Assembly: GCA_951406725.2 (NCBI GenBank)
Contig: OX597823.1
Location: 11,346,001-11,410,000, forward strand
Reading direction: 5' to 3'
DNA: 64,000 nt
Source of the DNA: Octopus vulgaris
Lineage: Eukaryota
The notes under the pieces are model-generated. The model saw only the letters and a program-made list of their open reading frames with translations, was not told the origin of the DNA and did not search any database. Positions within the stretch are counted from its first letter, which is position 1, and each line of letters begins with the position of its first letter. Shown one piece after another: positions 12,708 to 26,155 of the stretch. The translations under genes were made by a program, and so were the position numbers.

Positions 12708-13299
12708 TGTAATTTGAGAAAATTTACTTTGTTGTTAAGAAATCTTCTAGAGAGGAACTGCTACACAAACCTTCTGTGATAAAAACTCATCATATTCCAT
12801 TGCTTTCGAAAATTAAAATAAAAAATAAATAAATTGTGAAAACAGTAAAGTTATTGTGTGATTTATCTTTTACTCATTTCAATCATTGGACTCTGGCCAT
12901 GCTGAGACACATCCTTGGCAGATTTTAGTTGAATAAATCAATCCCAGTCAATTATTTTTATTCAAAATCCAATATTATTTTATCAGTCTGTTACCAACCT
13001 GCTTGCAACAGTTATCAAGCAGTGAGGGACAGACAGGCATATGTACACACACACACACACACACACACACATACGCATGTATACACACAAAACGTGACAA
13101 GCTCCTTCCAGTTTCCATCTACTGAATCTATTCACAATGCTTTGGTCAGTTTGTGGCTATAATAGAAGTCTCATGCACAAGATGCGAAGTAATGGAACTG
13201 AAGCAAACTTTTTACATCATACCCATGCCTGCACCTATAAATTTTCAGAAAGTAAATTTTCTTAAATTGTCTACAGAACATTTTTGCTTTACTGATATA

Positions 13300-14963
13300 C
13301 AGACATACCTCACCCTATGTTGTTAATTGGTTCCAGGAATCATAAATTAGGTCAAAAAATGACTAAAGTTGAATTAACTTGTCTCTAGGATAGGCCAAAT
13401 TTACTTGTCTCTAGGCTAAACCAATAATAACCATCCCCAGTTCTGTACTTTATTTATGAATGCATTTTCAATAATACTTGGTTAATAAAAACCTATTTTA
13501 ACCCTTTAGTGTTCAGATTACTCTGTTAAATGTAAGGTTTTTTTATTTAAATTGTTTTGAATTAATCATGCATTACCTTATAGCTTTGAGGTTTCAATGG
13601 TGTGATTGTTTATTTTTAGACTGTCAATGTAGGTTAGGTGTGAGAGGCTGGATATGGCCAGTTTGAATATAAAATATGTAGAATATATTGGGCCGGATTT
13701 GGCCAGTTTAAACACTAAAGGGCTAAGCTTACAAACAAATAATTTTTATTTTTTAATACAGTACAGTAAAAAAAAAAGTATTCTAAATTTACAAATACGA
13801 TTTGGTAGTGTTTACCATATATCGTGGACGCTTTATTTAGGAATGCAGTTTGCAATAAGACATGGTAAAATAAAAGCCATTTTAAGCTTAAAAAATAAAT
13901 TCAGTAATTATTATTATTTTGCAATAGTAAAAAAACTACATTATTTTAAATTTACCAATACATACATACAATTTGGTAGTTTACATTGCAGATGTAGATG
14001 GCTGTTGATTGTCAACATCAGCAGCTGATTCTGGCTGTTCTTGTTTTTTGATGCAATTAAAAGACCAGTTGAGAGTTCCTTGAACTGTCTTCTTCTTATA
14101 AGGAGCAAAAGCTTTGTGACAAGCTCCCATAATCTTGGAAAGGCATTGAGTATTTGGATCCAAATCCTTGAACATAGAAAGACCTTTTTCGATATATGCA
14201 ACTGCTTGCTGCATTTTCTTAATGGTAAAGTGACGTGGCTCAGGTTCGACTTCCTCTTCTTCTTTATTTTGCTGCTCGAGAACCTCTATCCAATCTTTGT
14301 TCGTCAGGGGCTGCTTGTCTTTTTCAAATAAATCTGTGAAATCCTCCTCCTCCAAATCCATTTCCAGTTCTTTGCTCGTAGTCACCAATGTTTTGTTGAT
14401 GGCAACATTATCAAACCTCTTAAAATCATTCACGAATTGTGGGCATAGCTTCTTCCATACACCATTCATAGCCTTGCTCTGTACATCATTCCATGCTACT
14501 GCTATGTTCTGTACAGCCTTGTAGATATTGTATCTCTTCCAAAAGTCACAGTGTGTTGGACTCATCAAGATCAGGTGCAGTAATTGCTTGCCATAGTATT
14601 CGCTTCATATAGTAATGCTTGAAGACAGCAATTATTCTCTGATCCATTGGCTGCAGAAGAGACGTGGTGTTTGGAGGGAGGTATACAACAGTAACATTGG
14701 GGTCAAAATCTATGATGTTTTGCAGGTGGCCAGGAGCATTATCTAAGATAAGTAGAACCTTAAAAGTAATCTCCTTCTCCTTACGGTACTTCTCTGCTGC
14801 TGGGATAAAATGATTGAAGAACTAATCTTCAAAGACAACAGTAACCCATGATTTTGAATTAGCCATCCATATAACAGTGACAGATGCCTTGGGTGTGTTC
14901 TTCAGGGTACAGGGGTTGTGTGCATGATACACAAGCAATGGCTTTAACTTAAAATCTCTTGCA
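13300..14963 (-). mobile_element. Tigger/pogo DNA transposon remnant (DDE_1 transposase pseudogene plus one TIR)
   Basis: Minus strand KLKPLLVYHAHNP..W.ANSKSWVT..KVLLILDNAPGH..VVYLPPNTTSLLQPMDQ..DFWKRYNI..AWNDV..VWKKLCP with stops and frameshifts; TA-cagacatacctc end resembles the Tigger1 TIR CAGGCATACCTC. Confidence 0.92.
13502..13722. mobile_element. piggyBac-type MITE family A nested in the Tigger remnant
   Basis: TTAA-ccctttagtgtt...aacactaaaggg-CTAA. Confidence 0.88.
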
Positions 14964-14965
14964 CA

Positions 14966-15119
14966 AGTATGGTCTCATTTTTACTTCGTTCTGAATGATC
15001 TCAAAATCCATCCAGCTACTTGCCTGCACAGTGTTGCTATCTTGGTAGTATGCACAAAAGATGTTGCATCATTATTCATGTAGATTCCCAGACCACACAC
15101 CAACTCTAACTGTGGGATA
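14966..15119 (-). mobile_element. LINE family 1-related RT fragment
   Basis: ..LGIYMNNDATSFVHTTKIATLCRQVAGWILRSFRT.. is homologous to 54720-54850. Confidence 0.8.
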
Positions 15120-15146
15120 TATAATATACATATATATATATGTATA

Positions 15147-15390
15147 TATTCTTTTATTCTTTTACTTGTTTCAGTCATTTGACTGTGGCCATGATGGAGA
15201 ACCACTTTTAGTCAAACAAATCGACCCCAGGACTGATTCTTTGTAAGCCTAGTACTTATTCTATTGGACTCTATTGCTGAACTACTAAGTTACAGGAATG
15301 TAAACATACCAACATTGGTAGTCAAGCGATGGTGGGGGAACAAACTCAGACACACAAATACATACATACATACATACATACATACATACA

Positions 15391-15440
<50 letters not shown>

Positions 15441-15715
15441 CACACGATGGGCTTCTTTCAGTTTCCTTGTACCAAATCTACTCACAAAGCTTTGGAAACT
15501 GAAAGAAACTCTTTGTGTGTGTGTGTCCACCACTGCTTGACCACCAGTGTTGGTGTGTTTATGTCTCCATAACTTAGCAGTTTGACTAAAAGAGATCAAT
15601 AGAATGAGTACCAAGTTTTACAAAGAATAATAAGAACTCATTTAACTAAAATTCTTCATGTTGGTGCCCCAGCGTGGCTACAGTCTAATGACTGAATCAA
15701 GTAAAAGGTAAAAGA
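15147..15715. mobile_element. Two SINE family A 3' parts in opposite orientation (minus 15147-15494, plus 15495-15715)
   Basis: Tail motif gactga(a/t).aagtaaaag at both outer ends. Confidence 0.75.
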
Positions 15716-16794
15716 TATATTAAGTATATTCACATTTAGAAGGTGGAGGCAAATTTTGGTAAAACAAATTTTCATCAATATCCTTGGTTTTTTCTAATAT
15801 TATTAGTTTTATTCAATATTCTATCTTCCTTTATCTAACTCTTCTACATATCCCCATTTTCATATGTGTTAGTAAAATGTACTATAATACTTTTTCTGAA
15901 ATATGTCCATATCATACCTGCAAAGAAAGCAAATGTAGAAAAATTTTGATGTTGTTGATTTTGAACAACATTCTCTGTTTTAATCTCATCTCTGTCTGAA
16001 AATGTATATTTTCTAATTAAAAAATCTACACCTATATTACTCCTATTTTCTTGATTTTTTTTCCTTTGTATAAAGGAACCTCCATGAGTAATTAAATACA
16101 TACAACATACACTGAAAACATATTTACATTACAAAACCATTTCAAATAATTCTGTGATGTAAATATATAAGATAATAAATGCAGTATTTGCCTAATTAAG
16201 TACATGATTAATTATCCAAATGGAACCTGTTTTTGCAATCACTTTGACATTGCTTGTTTTTGAAGCTCTCATCAGCTTACAAATAATTTGTACATATTCT
16301 TTTCTCCAGGCACAAAAACCAATTTCGTTAGGGGTAGTGAGTTTAATCAATCAAATTGACCCACTATTTTATTGATCTCAGAGTGATGGAAACCAAAATC
16401 AACACTGTTGAGATTTAAACACAGAATACTAAAACACTAAAAGTAGGTAATATAAAGCATCTAGGCCAACTTTCTACAACTTTCTGCTGCTTCACCTAGT
16501 AAATGTTTAGATGTTCCAACCATGACCATCTATTTTTAGTGTATCCATGACCACGTTATCCCATATGTCATTCCTTTCTTTACACAACAATGCAATTGAG
16601 AGAGATTTAGCTGCTATTGTAGGAAATGAGGAACAAGAATCATACAAGTTTTAAAAACAAAATAATATCATGTCGTTTTGTCTAGCTGAGATTAGAGGAA
16701 GGGTCATTGTCCAGGACCCTTGCATCTCTGAGATCAGTGAGCTTGATGCCATTATTGCTTTGTTTAAACTGTTGCAAGTCAACACCTTCATTAA

Positions 16795-17014
16795 CCCCTT
16801 AGTGTTCAGATTACTCTGTTAAATGTAATACTTATTCACTCAAATTGTTTTGAATTAATCATGCATTATGTTATATCTTTGAGGTTTCAATGATGTGATT
16901 GTGTATTTTTAGAATGTCAATGTAGGTTAGGTGTAAGAGGCTGGATATGGCCAGTTTGAATATAAAACATGTAGAATATCTGGGCCAGAAATGGCCGGTT
17001 TAAACACTAAAGGG
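16795..17014. mobile_element. piggyBac-type MITE family A, inserted in an old LINE remnant
   Basis: TTAA-ccccttagtgtt...aacactaaaggg-TTAA. Confidence 0.9.
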
Positions 17015-18126
17015 TTAAAGGTATGAGCTGTGGGAAGATCCCAGAGAAATTTCCTGGGAAGAAAAAATAACGGCAGTGCCAAAGGTGTTGAACACTAAGA
17101 GTCACATGAATAAGAAAGACAAATATGTTGGAGCTGCTTGAATAGTGGCAGCCAGAGACCAACTAGCTCTGATGAACAAAGTCTGTGAAAGTAGCAATGG
17201 CAAAGACAAAAGAGGAGATTGCACTCCTGTGGGCCAGAGACTGTAGTGTGTCCATTAGTGATTGAATTCCAGTTAGTCAAGTAGCTCTTCTCTAGATGTC
17301 CCTGTGACTGTACATCCAAAACAGTGCACCGTGATACACTGGGGTTCAGTGAGGTGCAGCTAGGTACACAGCTAAAACATCAAAGTCATATTTATAAATG
17401 TGAAAATTACAGAATGAAATTCTAAAAATAAAGTCTTCATGACAATGTTTCATTGACTGAATAGGTATGTAATAATTTTCTGCAGTTTAAATTATTCGTT
17501 AACTAATATATAAATATATAAATATGTAAATACTTTCCCTAAAACCATTTTTTCGTTTGTGCTCAAGGTGTACTAAAATATTTTTATTTGCGCTGTTATG
17601 AATTGCCCCATATTTGTTTGTAGCCTTTGTAGTTTCTTATAAAAAGAAATCAGTTTAAACAGTAACGAAGATGACAATTAGAATATCTGTAACTTCCTGT
17701 GGTTTGGTAGAGAAAATATTGAAGACAACAGGTCAAGTAAGCATGGAGCTTGTCAAGATTAGCTTCAGAGGTGACCTTTGTGGTATACTGTTATCGTGTT
17801 TTTCAGTATCAACTGTTCTACTTTAGGGAGAAGAAAGCCTTTATATGAACAAATTGATGAAATTTATATAATATCAGTTAGTATGTATGTAGCTTGTTAC
17901 TATGATAACCTCTATGTCAATCTGAAGGTAATACTTTGGAAATAGGTTCAATTTAGAAAGAACAGTTTAATAACTTAATGTTCAAATTTCATATTTATCA
18001 ATGGTATATCCTAAACATTTTTATAAATCTTCAAATTTATTTTTTTATCCATCCAATTCATATTGGTTAAGTGCAAAGATATGAATCTTTGACCATAGAC
18101 TGATATTCATTTGTAAAAATATTTAA

Positions 18127-18346
18127 CCCATTAGCATTCAGATTACTCTGTCAAATGTAAAGCCTGTTTAATCGCATTGTTTTAAATTAATTGTACAGCA
18201 TCTTGTAACTCTGAGATTTTGATGATGTCTCTGTTTATTTTTAGAATGACTTTGTAGGGTAGGTGTGAGAGGTCAAAGCTGGCTGGTTTGAGCATATAAC
18301 AGGAAGACAATTTTGGCCTGCTATGGCTGGTTTGAACACTAATGGG
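18127..18346. mobile_element. piggyBac-type MITE family A (variant TIR)
   Basis: TTAA-cccattag...ctaatggg-TTAA. Confidence 0.88.
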
Positions 18347-20550
18347 TTAAAACAACTTTTGCTTGACACATACATTTTGCTTGTAGACAAAGATCTGATT
18401 TTCCCCTGAAGTATATAAAATAATTTAGTGAAACTAATCAATTTCTTGAAATCATTTCCTCTTTTCTTTGGGAGTCACTAACAATTACTGCTAGATTTTT
18501 GTTTTCATCCTGCAACTCAGATGGAGATTTCAGTTGTAAATCAAATTTTTTTTTGCATATATCATACATATTTGTCTTTATTCAATGCAATTAGCAGTCT
18601 GGATGTATTTCCCTAAGATCAGTAACTTTTTTAATTACAATTATAGACGCACACTCATACACACCATTTGTGCACCCTTACATTTATAAGATATTATATA
18701 CACATACTATAACACAATACATATTAATATGTAGGGTTCTGTGATAATTTTATTGTTTATAACTAACAAATTATCAATATATTAATAGTATTCTACCTTT
18801 ATTTCAAATAAACTCTGTAATGTTCATTCTGATTTAAGATTGTTGGAAGTATTTTGATTTTCATTGTCTATCACTTTTAATTGAAAATCCCTGAAAACAT
18901 ACAATCAAATCTTACATAAATTTCTGAAAGAAATATTATAAAATTAACATTAACAATGTATGTAAAATCTTGTTAAAATATATGTAGAATTCTAAAACTG
19001 TATGTGTAAGTGTTATTTATTTGCATTAGAGTTTCCATATTTTCACTTATTTTTCCATAATATTTAACAAATTATTATATAAAATCAGTATAGAATATGT
19101 GTAATAAGTATCTAATATTTCATTATCATTATATATTCTCAGTACATAAAATTCATCTATTACAATTATAATGTTGCCCCAGCATGGCCTTAGCCTCTAG
19201 TGGTAACAAGGAAAGTAGAAGTGTTTGTATGAAGCATTAAAGAATAGTAAACCTTGCAAAACTGCTAATGCTTTACTGAAAAACATTAAATAATAGCAAT
19301 GTTACAATTATATTATCTTAGGTCTCAGACAAGCAGCTACTATGTAAAAAGAAATTTGTATCACAGCAACCAGTAGCTCTGCTCTGTTTCCACTGACAGA
19401 TCAGCAAGTGATCTACTATTATATATTGATTCCAAATGGTCTATTTTCATAGAATACGATGATAAAAACCTAACAAATCATTCCTGAGACCAAACAATCA
19501 TATTAAGCCACACACAAAAACAGGCTACAGTTTCTTGAGATAGCTGACTGATTTTGTGGCAATGTCTACTAATGAATGAAATTGTACCTCAAATCAATGT
19601 TACCAAGGCAGAAATCCTTTTACCTATATTTCTTTAATCAGTTCATCACTAAACTACTTTCTTTTGACCAGAGTGTTTAGTTTGATGTTTTCATTTAATC
19701 ACAATGAGTAAATAAATATATATCTCCTGAAAAGAAAAAAAAAAAAAAAAAATAATGATAAAAATAAATAAATAAAAAATAAGAACTTCCTTGTAGAACA
19801 TGATACCATTTCAAACTCTATCAGATTTATATCCATTCAGTAGGTCAGAGAATCGCCTAAAGCTAGTGGACAAAACATTCATTTTAAGATGAAGCTCACA
19901 TTAATGGAGGTAGTATAGTATGTCCAGAAAGATATTGTTCCTACTACTACAGTGTGTCAATTGTATAAGGAAACTCTGTAAAACTACTTCTGCAATTTAG
20001 CTGAATCTTCTTATACATTTGATTATCAATCACTTCTACAGTTGCTAATCAATCTTTGTTATGTTTTTTTATATATTTCACAGAAGGGTTAGTCCACCAT
20101 TAACTTTCCTTCTTGATTGAAACATTTCACTTCACTCCTGCGATTAATGTCTTTTTGGAAATAGTTAAAATATTACAGATTTTTTTCATTACTATTGAAT
20201 TTTGTTTCTTCAGTTTATATTACTCCAGATGAATACATTTTATAAATATAAGTCGTTACCCAGTCAGATAGATAATATTCTTTATTCAACAAGTTATTTA
20301 TTTGTTCAAACAATAATATTTAGTCTTGTTTCTAAACCATCAGTTTTGGAGTTTTTAATTTCACCAGCTTTAGTTTCAGTCATTCTATCAATTCTCAGCT
20401 TGATATATTTTTTACATAACTGGTTTATGGTCGAAGAGATGTCTATGGCTATGAGATAGCAATAACTGCAGTTAAAGATTCAGCCTAATTGCAGATTAAA
20501 GTGTGAAAGAAAGATATTAACTGGGAGAGAATATGGGAAAAGGAAAGATT

Positions 20551-20955
20551 GGAGTGGTTTTGTGGTAAGTAGCTTGCTAACCAACCACATGGTTCCGGGT
20601 TCAGTCCCACTGCGTGGCATCTTGGGCAAGTGTCTTCTGCTATAGCCCCGGGCCGACCAATGCCTTGTGAGTGGATTTGGTAGACAGAAACTGAAAGAAG
20701 ACTGTTGTATATATGTATGCATATATATATAGATGTGTATGTGTGTGTGTTTGTCCCCCTAACATTGCTTGACAACCGATGCTGGTGTGTTTATGTCCCC
20801 ATCACTTAGCGGTTTGGCAAAAAGAGACCGATAAAATAAGTACTGGGCTTACAAAGAATAAGTCCCGGGGTAGATTTGCTCGACTAAAGGCGGTGCTCCA
20901 GCATGGCCGCAGTCAAATGACTGAAACAAGTAAAAGAGAGAGATAAAAGAGAGAA
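20551..20955 (+). mobile_element. SINE family A, near full length
   Basis: Aligns with 12289-12707. Confidence 0.92.
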
Positions 20956-22571
20956 AGTATTTTGTATAAAATCTGAGGATGATGTATTAGCGAGGAAGAG
21001 AAGTTGGTGCAACAGGTGCGTTCAGCAGGTGGGAGTCTGTTGCATTTGGAAGTCCACAGGAACATTGTTCATTGAAGTAGTTGCAGATCTACTCAGATAT
21101 ATTTAAATATTTACTAAAACATGATAATTTTTATGACAAATAAATAAATATATTACTTTTTTATAGTGTTTATTTTAAGCAAAATATTTTCAACATTAAA
21201 AAAGTATCAGATTTGAAGCTATTTTTGTAAAATGAATAATTAAAGAAAGTACATATTTTTAGAAACAGATATGATGTCTCTGATGTGAAAGGAAGGGGAA
21301 ATCATGAATTGGCAAATTTTATATTTCTTCCTAAATACATTGGCACAGCATAGATGTATCTATGTGCAAATAAGTACTACAATATGTATCTTGTAGTACT
21401 TATTTCAACTCTCTGCACTTTGATAAATCCTGTTGAAGTTAGCTTTGCACCTTTCATCCGTTCAGATTTGAATTTTAAAAAATACCAATCCAAAGCAGTG
21501 TAAGAACATTGAACTGAATGCTTTGTAGTATTTGTTCTGGCTCCTTGCATTCTGAGTTAAATCCCACCATGGCTTACACAAATGGTAGACTTAATCTGTT
21601 TCCTGATTCAATACACCACCAGCCACATTGAATTCCTTTAGCAAAGTCCTTTCTGGTGCAAATACTCAGTCTAGCTCTCTAGATTGATGGTACCATTCTT
21701 CCTCCCTCTCACCAATCTCAGAGACCCTGTAAAGGCTCATGAGCATTGTCCTCCCTCCTATCTAAAAGAAAAAATAAAAGTATCAAGTATTACATTATCA
21801 AATAAATGTGTCACCCTTTTTTTAAGATGGTAGAGTGGAGACTTGGTTACTATTTCTTGTAGTTTGAGCATCTACATAGAAGCCTTCATTTGAATGCACC
21901 ATTAAGTTTAATCCCTGTATCATCCAATATGTTTTTTGATTTTACTGATGGATAATATATTTTAAGGATCATTAGGCTACTATTTCTTGCAGGTCAAGCC
22001 ATCAAGGCTTCCATACTGGTTTGTAGTTTATAATTTTAAAACTAATGGCTGGTACTGTGAGAGAGAAGTAAGATCCCAGTAAAGGCAGTTATTCTCTTAG
22101 TTTTTGATTCACTTTTACGAGACCAAAGATTTCTGAGGCAGTATCCATATCACACTTTTACACAACAAGGACAAATGAAGCTCTGACAAGAGGACATTGC
22201 ACTGGATAATTTACTGTAATCAGTTTGTTACTAGATTGGTAGTTTACAGTTATGAGTTCAAAATATTACCAGAGTGAAGTGTAACTATCACTTCGGTTTT
22301 TACTTTACTAATTTAGTCTAAGGAGGAATGGCTACTGAGACGAATGGAGAAATGGAAGAACAAATCATGACGCATTGTTTCTCCTTAAAATGTAGATCTG
22401 GTCTGAAATGCAATTGAGTGGATTATGTCGAGGACAGACAAGAGCCAATCAGTGGCAATGCTAATACAAGTGACAGATTTAGTCTACCACCCATTAGATA
22501 CGTTATCAACTTGTTGAAAAGTTAGTTGGTTAAAGCATCAATGCTTTCCAGGGTTGATAATAATCCTGTTT

Positions 22572-22758
22572 CATCATCATCATCATCATCGTTTAACGTC
22601 CGCTTTCCATGCTAGCATGGGTTGGACGGTTCAACTGGGGTCTGGGAAGCCAGAAGGCTGCATCAGGCCCAGTCAGATCTGGCAGTGTTTCTACAGCTGG
22701 ATGCCCTTCCTAATGCCAACCACTCCGTGAGTGTAGTGGGTGCTTTTTATGTGCCACA
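22572..22758 (-). mobile_element. SINE family C 3' part
   Basis: catcatcgtttaacgtccgctttccatgctagc...gtgccac. Confidence 0.88.
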
Positions 22759-23813
22759 TTTATTTATCTCTCTTACAAAATAGATTTTGAGTTTGGACCA
22801 AGACGTAAGAAATCGATTTTAAAAGAAAAAAAGAAAGAATGGAAGGGAAAGGAAGAAATGCTTGTAGCTTAGTGTCCTTATGCTGCCTGATGGTAAAAAG
22901 GTATAATAGGACTTTTTTGATGTTAAGCCTCAGTCCAGGCTTGATTGAGCAGATTTATGATCAAAAGTATTCTACCAATGACCTCACTGTCAAACAGTTT
23001 ACCTAGGACTATGTTAGCCAATGTGTTTCTTTTTTTTTTTTCTTTTTCAAGTCAGCAGAATGTAGTTTGGGCTTAAGATTTGGCTAGTACCTCTAGCAAA
23101 CTGAGCAACCATGAAGAAGCTTCAATTGTTAGGTCGATAATATGATTGCTGTTCAAGAAAATATTAGTGCATTAACGGTAATTTTTCAACAAGTGGTTGA
23201 TAACATAGCTAATGATTCTAGTTTCTCAGTAGATATTGGTTGACGTGTGTAATTGAATGCTTTACAACTAACTCAGTTTTTATCAATATTACTGAACTGT
23301 TTAACATATCGTCTGCAAATATATTCTGTTTCACTTCTTATTGGAGTCAAGATTCTTATCTTGTTTCTCATTGTTAATTCAGTCATAGGAAATTTATAAT
23401 ATATGCATATTTATTCATTTTATTTGTTTTGTTTTTTTTTTGTTTTCTTTTCTTTTTTTGCTTTAGAGCTGCATTACAATCGTTAACTTAGATTCATCTT
23501 AGGTTCATTATATATGTCTGCTGCAGTAACAGAATCATACACATCGTGTTTTTATTTTTTTTATTAATATTATTCATGTTATTGTTACATGTTGGTGTTG
23601 TTGTGTTGCTATGAAATTCGCTTTCATTTCCATAGATAAGTTTATCCCCTCATCAGATGCCCGTGTGGCAAATAAAACAAATATTTGTTGTTGTTATTAT
23701 CATTATTAGTGATAGTAGTGGCACATTACTTTAGACTGGGTCTTTGGATTCATATCATATTTTGTGTTAGATAAAAATCAGTTAATTTCCTCCTGTCTTT
23801 TGTTTAACTGCAG

Positions 23814-23899
23814 TAACGCCAAGCGCCTGACAGCTGCAAACTCGGCTTCGCCATTATTTGTATTCCTTCTATCAGAATATGAAACAAACATTTTTGCAA
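23814..23899 (+). other. Candidate exon or conserved non-coding element
   Basis: Polypyrimidine-CAG acceptor, GTGAGA donor, one open frame (NAKRLTAANSASPLFVFLLSEYETNIFA), CpG retained, TGACAG/CAGCTG motifs. Confidence 0.25.
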
Positions 23900-24409
23900 G
23901 TGAGAGGTGTCAAGCATTTCATCCAAGTAAATCACTTTGTTTGGCTTGTATAATTATCAGTGCATTGAGTGGATTATAATACCTTATATTTTTTAATTTC
24001 AATTTATTTCATTTTCACATTGAATTTTCTCTTATTGAATTTTTTGTTTTTGGGAACGTGTATGTATATTTGGTGCACAGCCCAGAATAACATTAGTGTT
24101 TCAAGTCAATGGGAAAGAGAAAAGCCTACCAATTTGCTTAACCAGCTAGAAATAGCAGCTAAATTCTTTCAACTCACATCCAAGTGTCTTAAAAAACAAA
24201 CACATTGGCTTGTAGATTCAAGTATGTTTATATATAGTTTCACATATGTAGATCCAAATATACAAAAAATTGAGAAAGTTATAGATGGGATGCCTTTGAT
24301 TATACGATGGCTCAATCAAGGCTGACCTGGTGCTAAAGAACAACACCAGGTTTTTGAGTATTTTTAGCAGACTTCACATTTTGCTAGCATTCAAGTCAAA
24401 TCTATTTTT

Positions 24410-24683
24410 TCATCATCATCATTGTTTAACGTCCGCTTTCCATGCTAGCATGGGTTGGATGGTTCAACTGGGGTCTGGGAAGCCCGAAGGCTGCACGAGG
24501 CCAGTCAGATCTGGCAGTGTTTCTACAGCTGGATGCCCTTCCTAAAGCCAACCACTCTGTGAGTGTAGTGGGTGCTTTTTATGTGCCACCGACACAGGTG
24601 CCAGACGAGGCTGGCGAACGGCCACACTCGGATGGTGGTTTTTTTTTGTGCCACGGACACAGGTGCCAGATGAGGCTGGCGAG
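24410..24683 (-). mobile_element. SINE family C
   Basis: Same family as 1305-1670. Confidence 0.88.
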
Positions 24684-25820
24684 CGTGCATATGTTTAAGC
24701 AGAGGATTGATATCTACAGGATAAAACAAGAATACTGAAAAGTAAACAGCAAAAGAGCTACAGAGAGGAAAGGGTGCATAAGCTTGTTAGGAGTAGTGTT
24801 GATAAATTTCAGGAAGTTTGTCCTGACAGTGAACAACTGATGCATGTTGTTTTTTTTCATACTTTGACAATTCTGAGCATGTAAAAAATATATCCAAAAG
24901 TCCTGGCTTCTGCTTTTTTGACGGTTATAGTCAATAATAAATATGACCATAGTCAGTTACATAGATGTGTCTATGGCTGGTTTTGTAGATGTGTCATTCA
25001 ATCCAACTGCAGCACTCTAGATGAGTGTCTTTAACTGTAGTCCTGAGTTAACCAATTCTTTATGAGTAGAATTTGCTAGACAAGACTATTGTACAAATAA
25101 TATAAATGTGTGTGCATGTGTATTTGTGTATGTGTGTATATATATAATACTTCTACACATTCTCTCTTTCGTTATCTACCCCCCACCTACACCCACACAT
25201 ACACAAGCAAGACGTGTCCTCCAACCTATACAGGAAAGCAATAATTTTTCATAAGAGCTGATCTGGGCTGTGAAAACCCATCTAACTCATGTCAGCATAG
25301 AAAATGAATGAAAATGGATGATGATGATAATGATGTTGGTGATTTTGTGTGTATATATTTTTCACTTATATTGTAAAGCTGGTAACATTGACCACAAAAC
25401 TGAAAAAAAAAAAAAAACCCAGTACTTTTTGAATGAAGTCCTTGCAGCATTTGTTCTGCACTGACTTACAGACACCTGCTTCATCACACTCACAATCTCC
25501 AGAGCAGTGAGCAGTGTTCAAGCCTCTTGGAACAAAAAAATCATTGTTCTTCAGCTATTGTATAAATATTCAACAGATAATTATTCAGATTTTATGACAC
25601 TGATCATGTATCTTTTTGTTTAACTTATGCTGGCTGACTTTTAAGCTTATATCATAAGTAGTCTTGATATATCTGCTATTTCCTTGACATAAAAACACCA
25701 CCTTTTCCTGTAAGAGATAAAACTAAAATACTTTTACTGATAAAACTTATTTTCAAATATATTTTTGCAGAAAAAGGTTGTGACAATGTTCATCATATAT
25801 ACATACACACATATATATAT

Positions 25821-26155
25821 AACTTAGAATAACTTAGAAAGGTTTTGGCCAGTATTGGCCCAGGCCATGTCTAACTTAATAGCACCACCTGGCGAAGTCT
25901 TTCAATTCAGGATTTGGGCACTGAGGCCCATTCGAGCAGAGAGTTATTGTTTGCAGAGACATATCCAGGTGTGGGTGGTTTGTCCGGGACTGTTTGAAGG
26001 AATTTGTCCAAAGACTTCTTGAATTTTGTGTGGTCAATTTCTGTTTTGACGTGTCCTGGTGTAATGTTGAAGAGAGCGGGTCCAATTGAGGTAAAATAAT
26101 TGTGCCGTATTGTCGTTATGTGATGCGATTTAGATTTTTAGGGGTAGAATTCACA
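25821..26155 (-). mobile_element. LINE family 2 (CR1/L2-group) 3' end
   Basis: Minus frame ..HNYFTSIGPALFNITPGHVKTEIDHTKFKKSLDKFLQTVPDKPPTPGYVSANNNSLLEW..* followed by 3' UTR and short-repeat tail. Confidence 0.85.

Noticed and set aside
13981-14568. 195-aa ORF as a domesticated TIGD-like gene
   Set aside because: The upstream transposase sequence has a stop, frameshifts and a truncation, and a TIR is retained.
17160-17235. CTGATGA-aca..tgt-GAAA hammerhead-like string
   Set aside because: No stem I can form and it lies in a decayed LINE coding remnant; likely chance.
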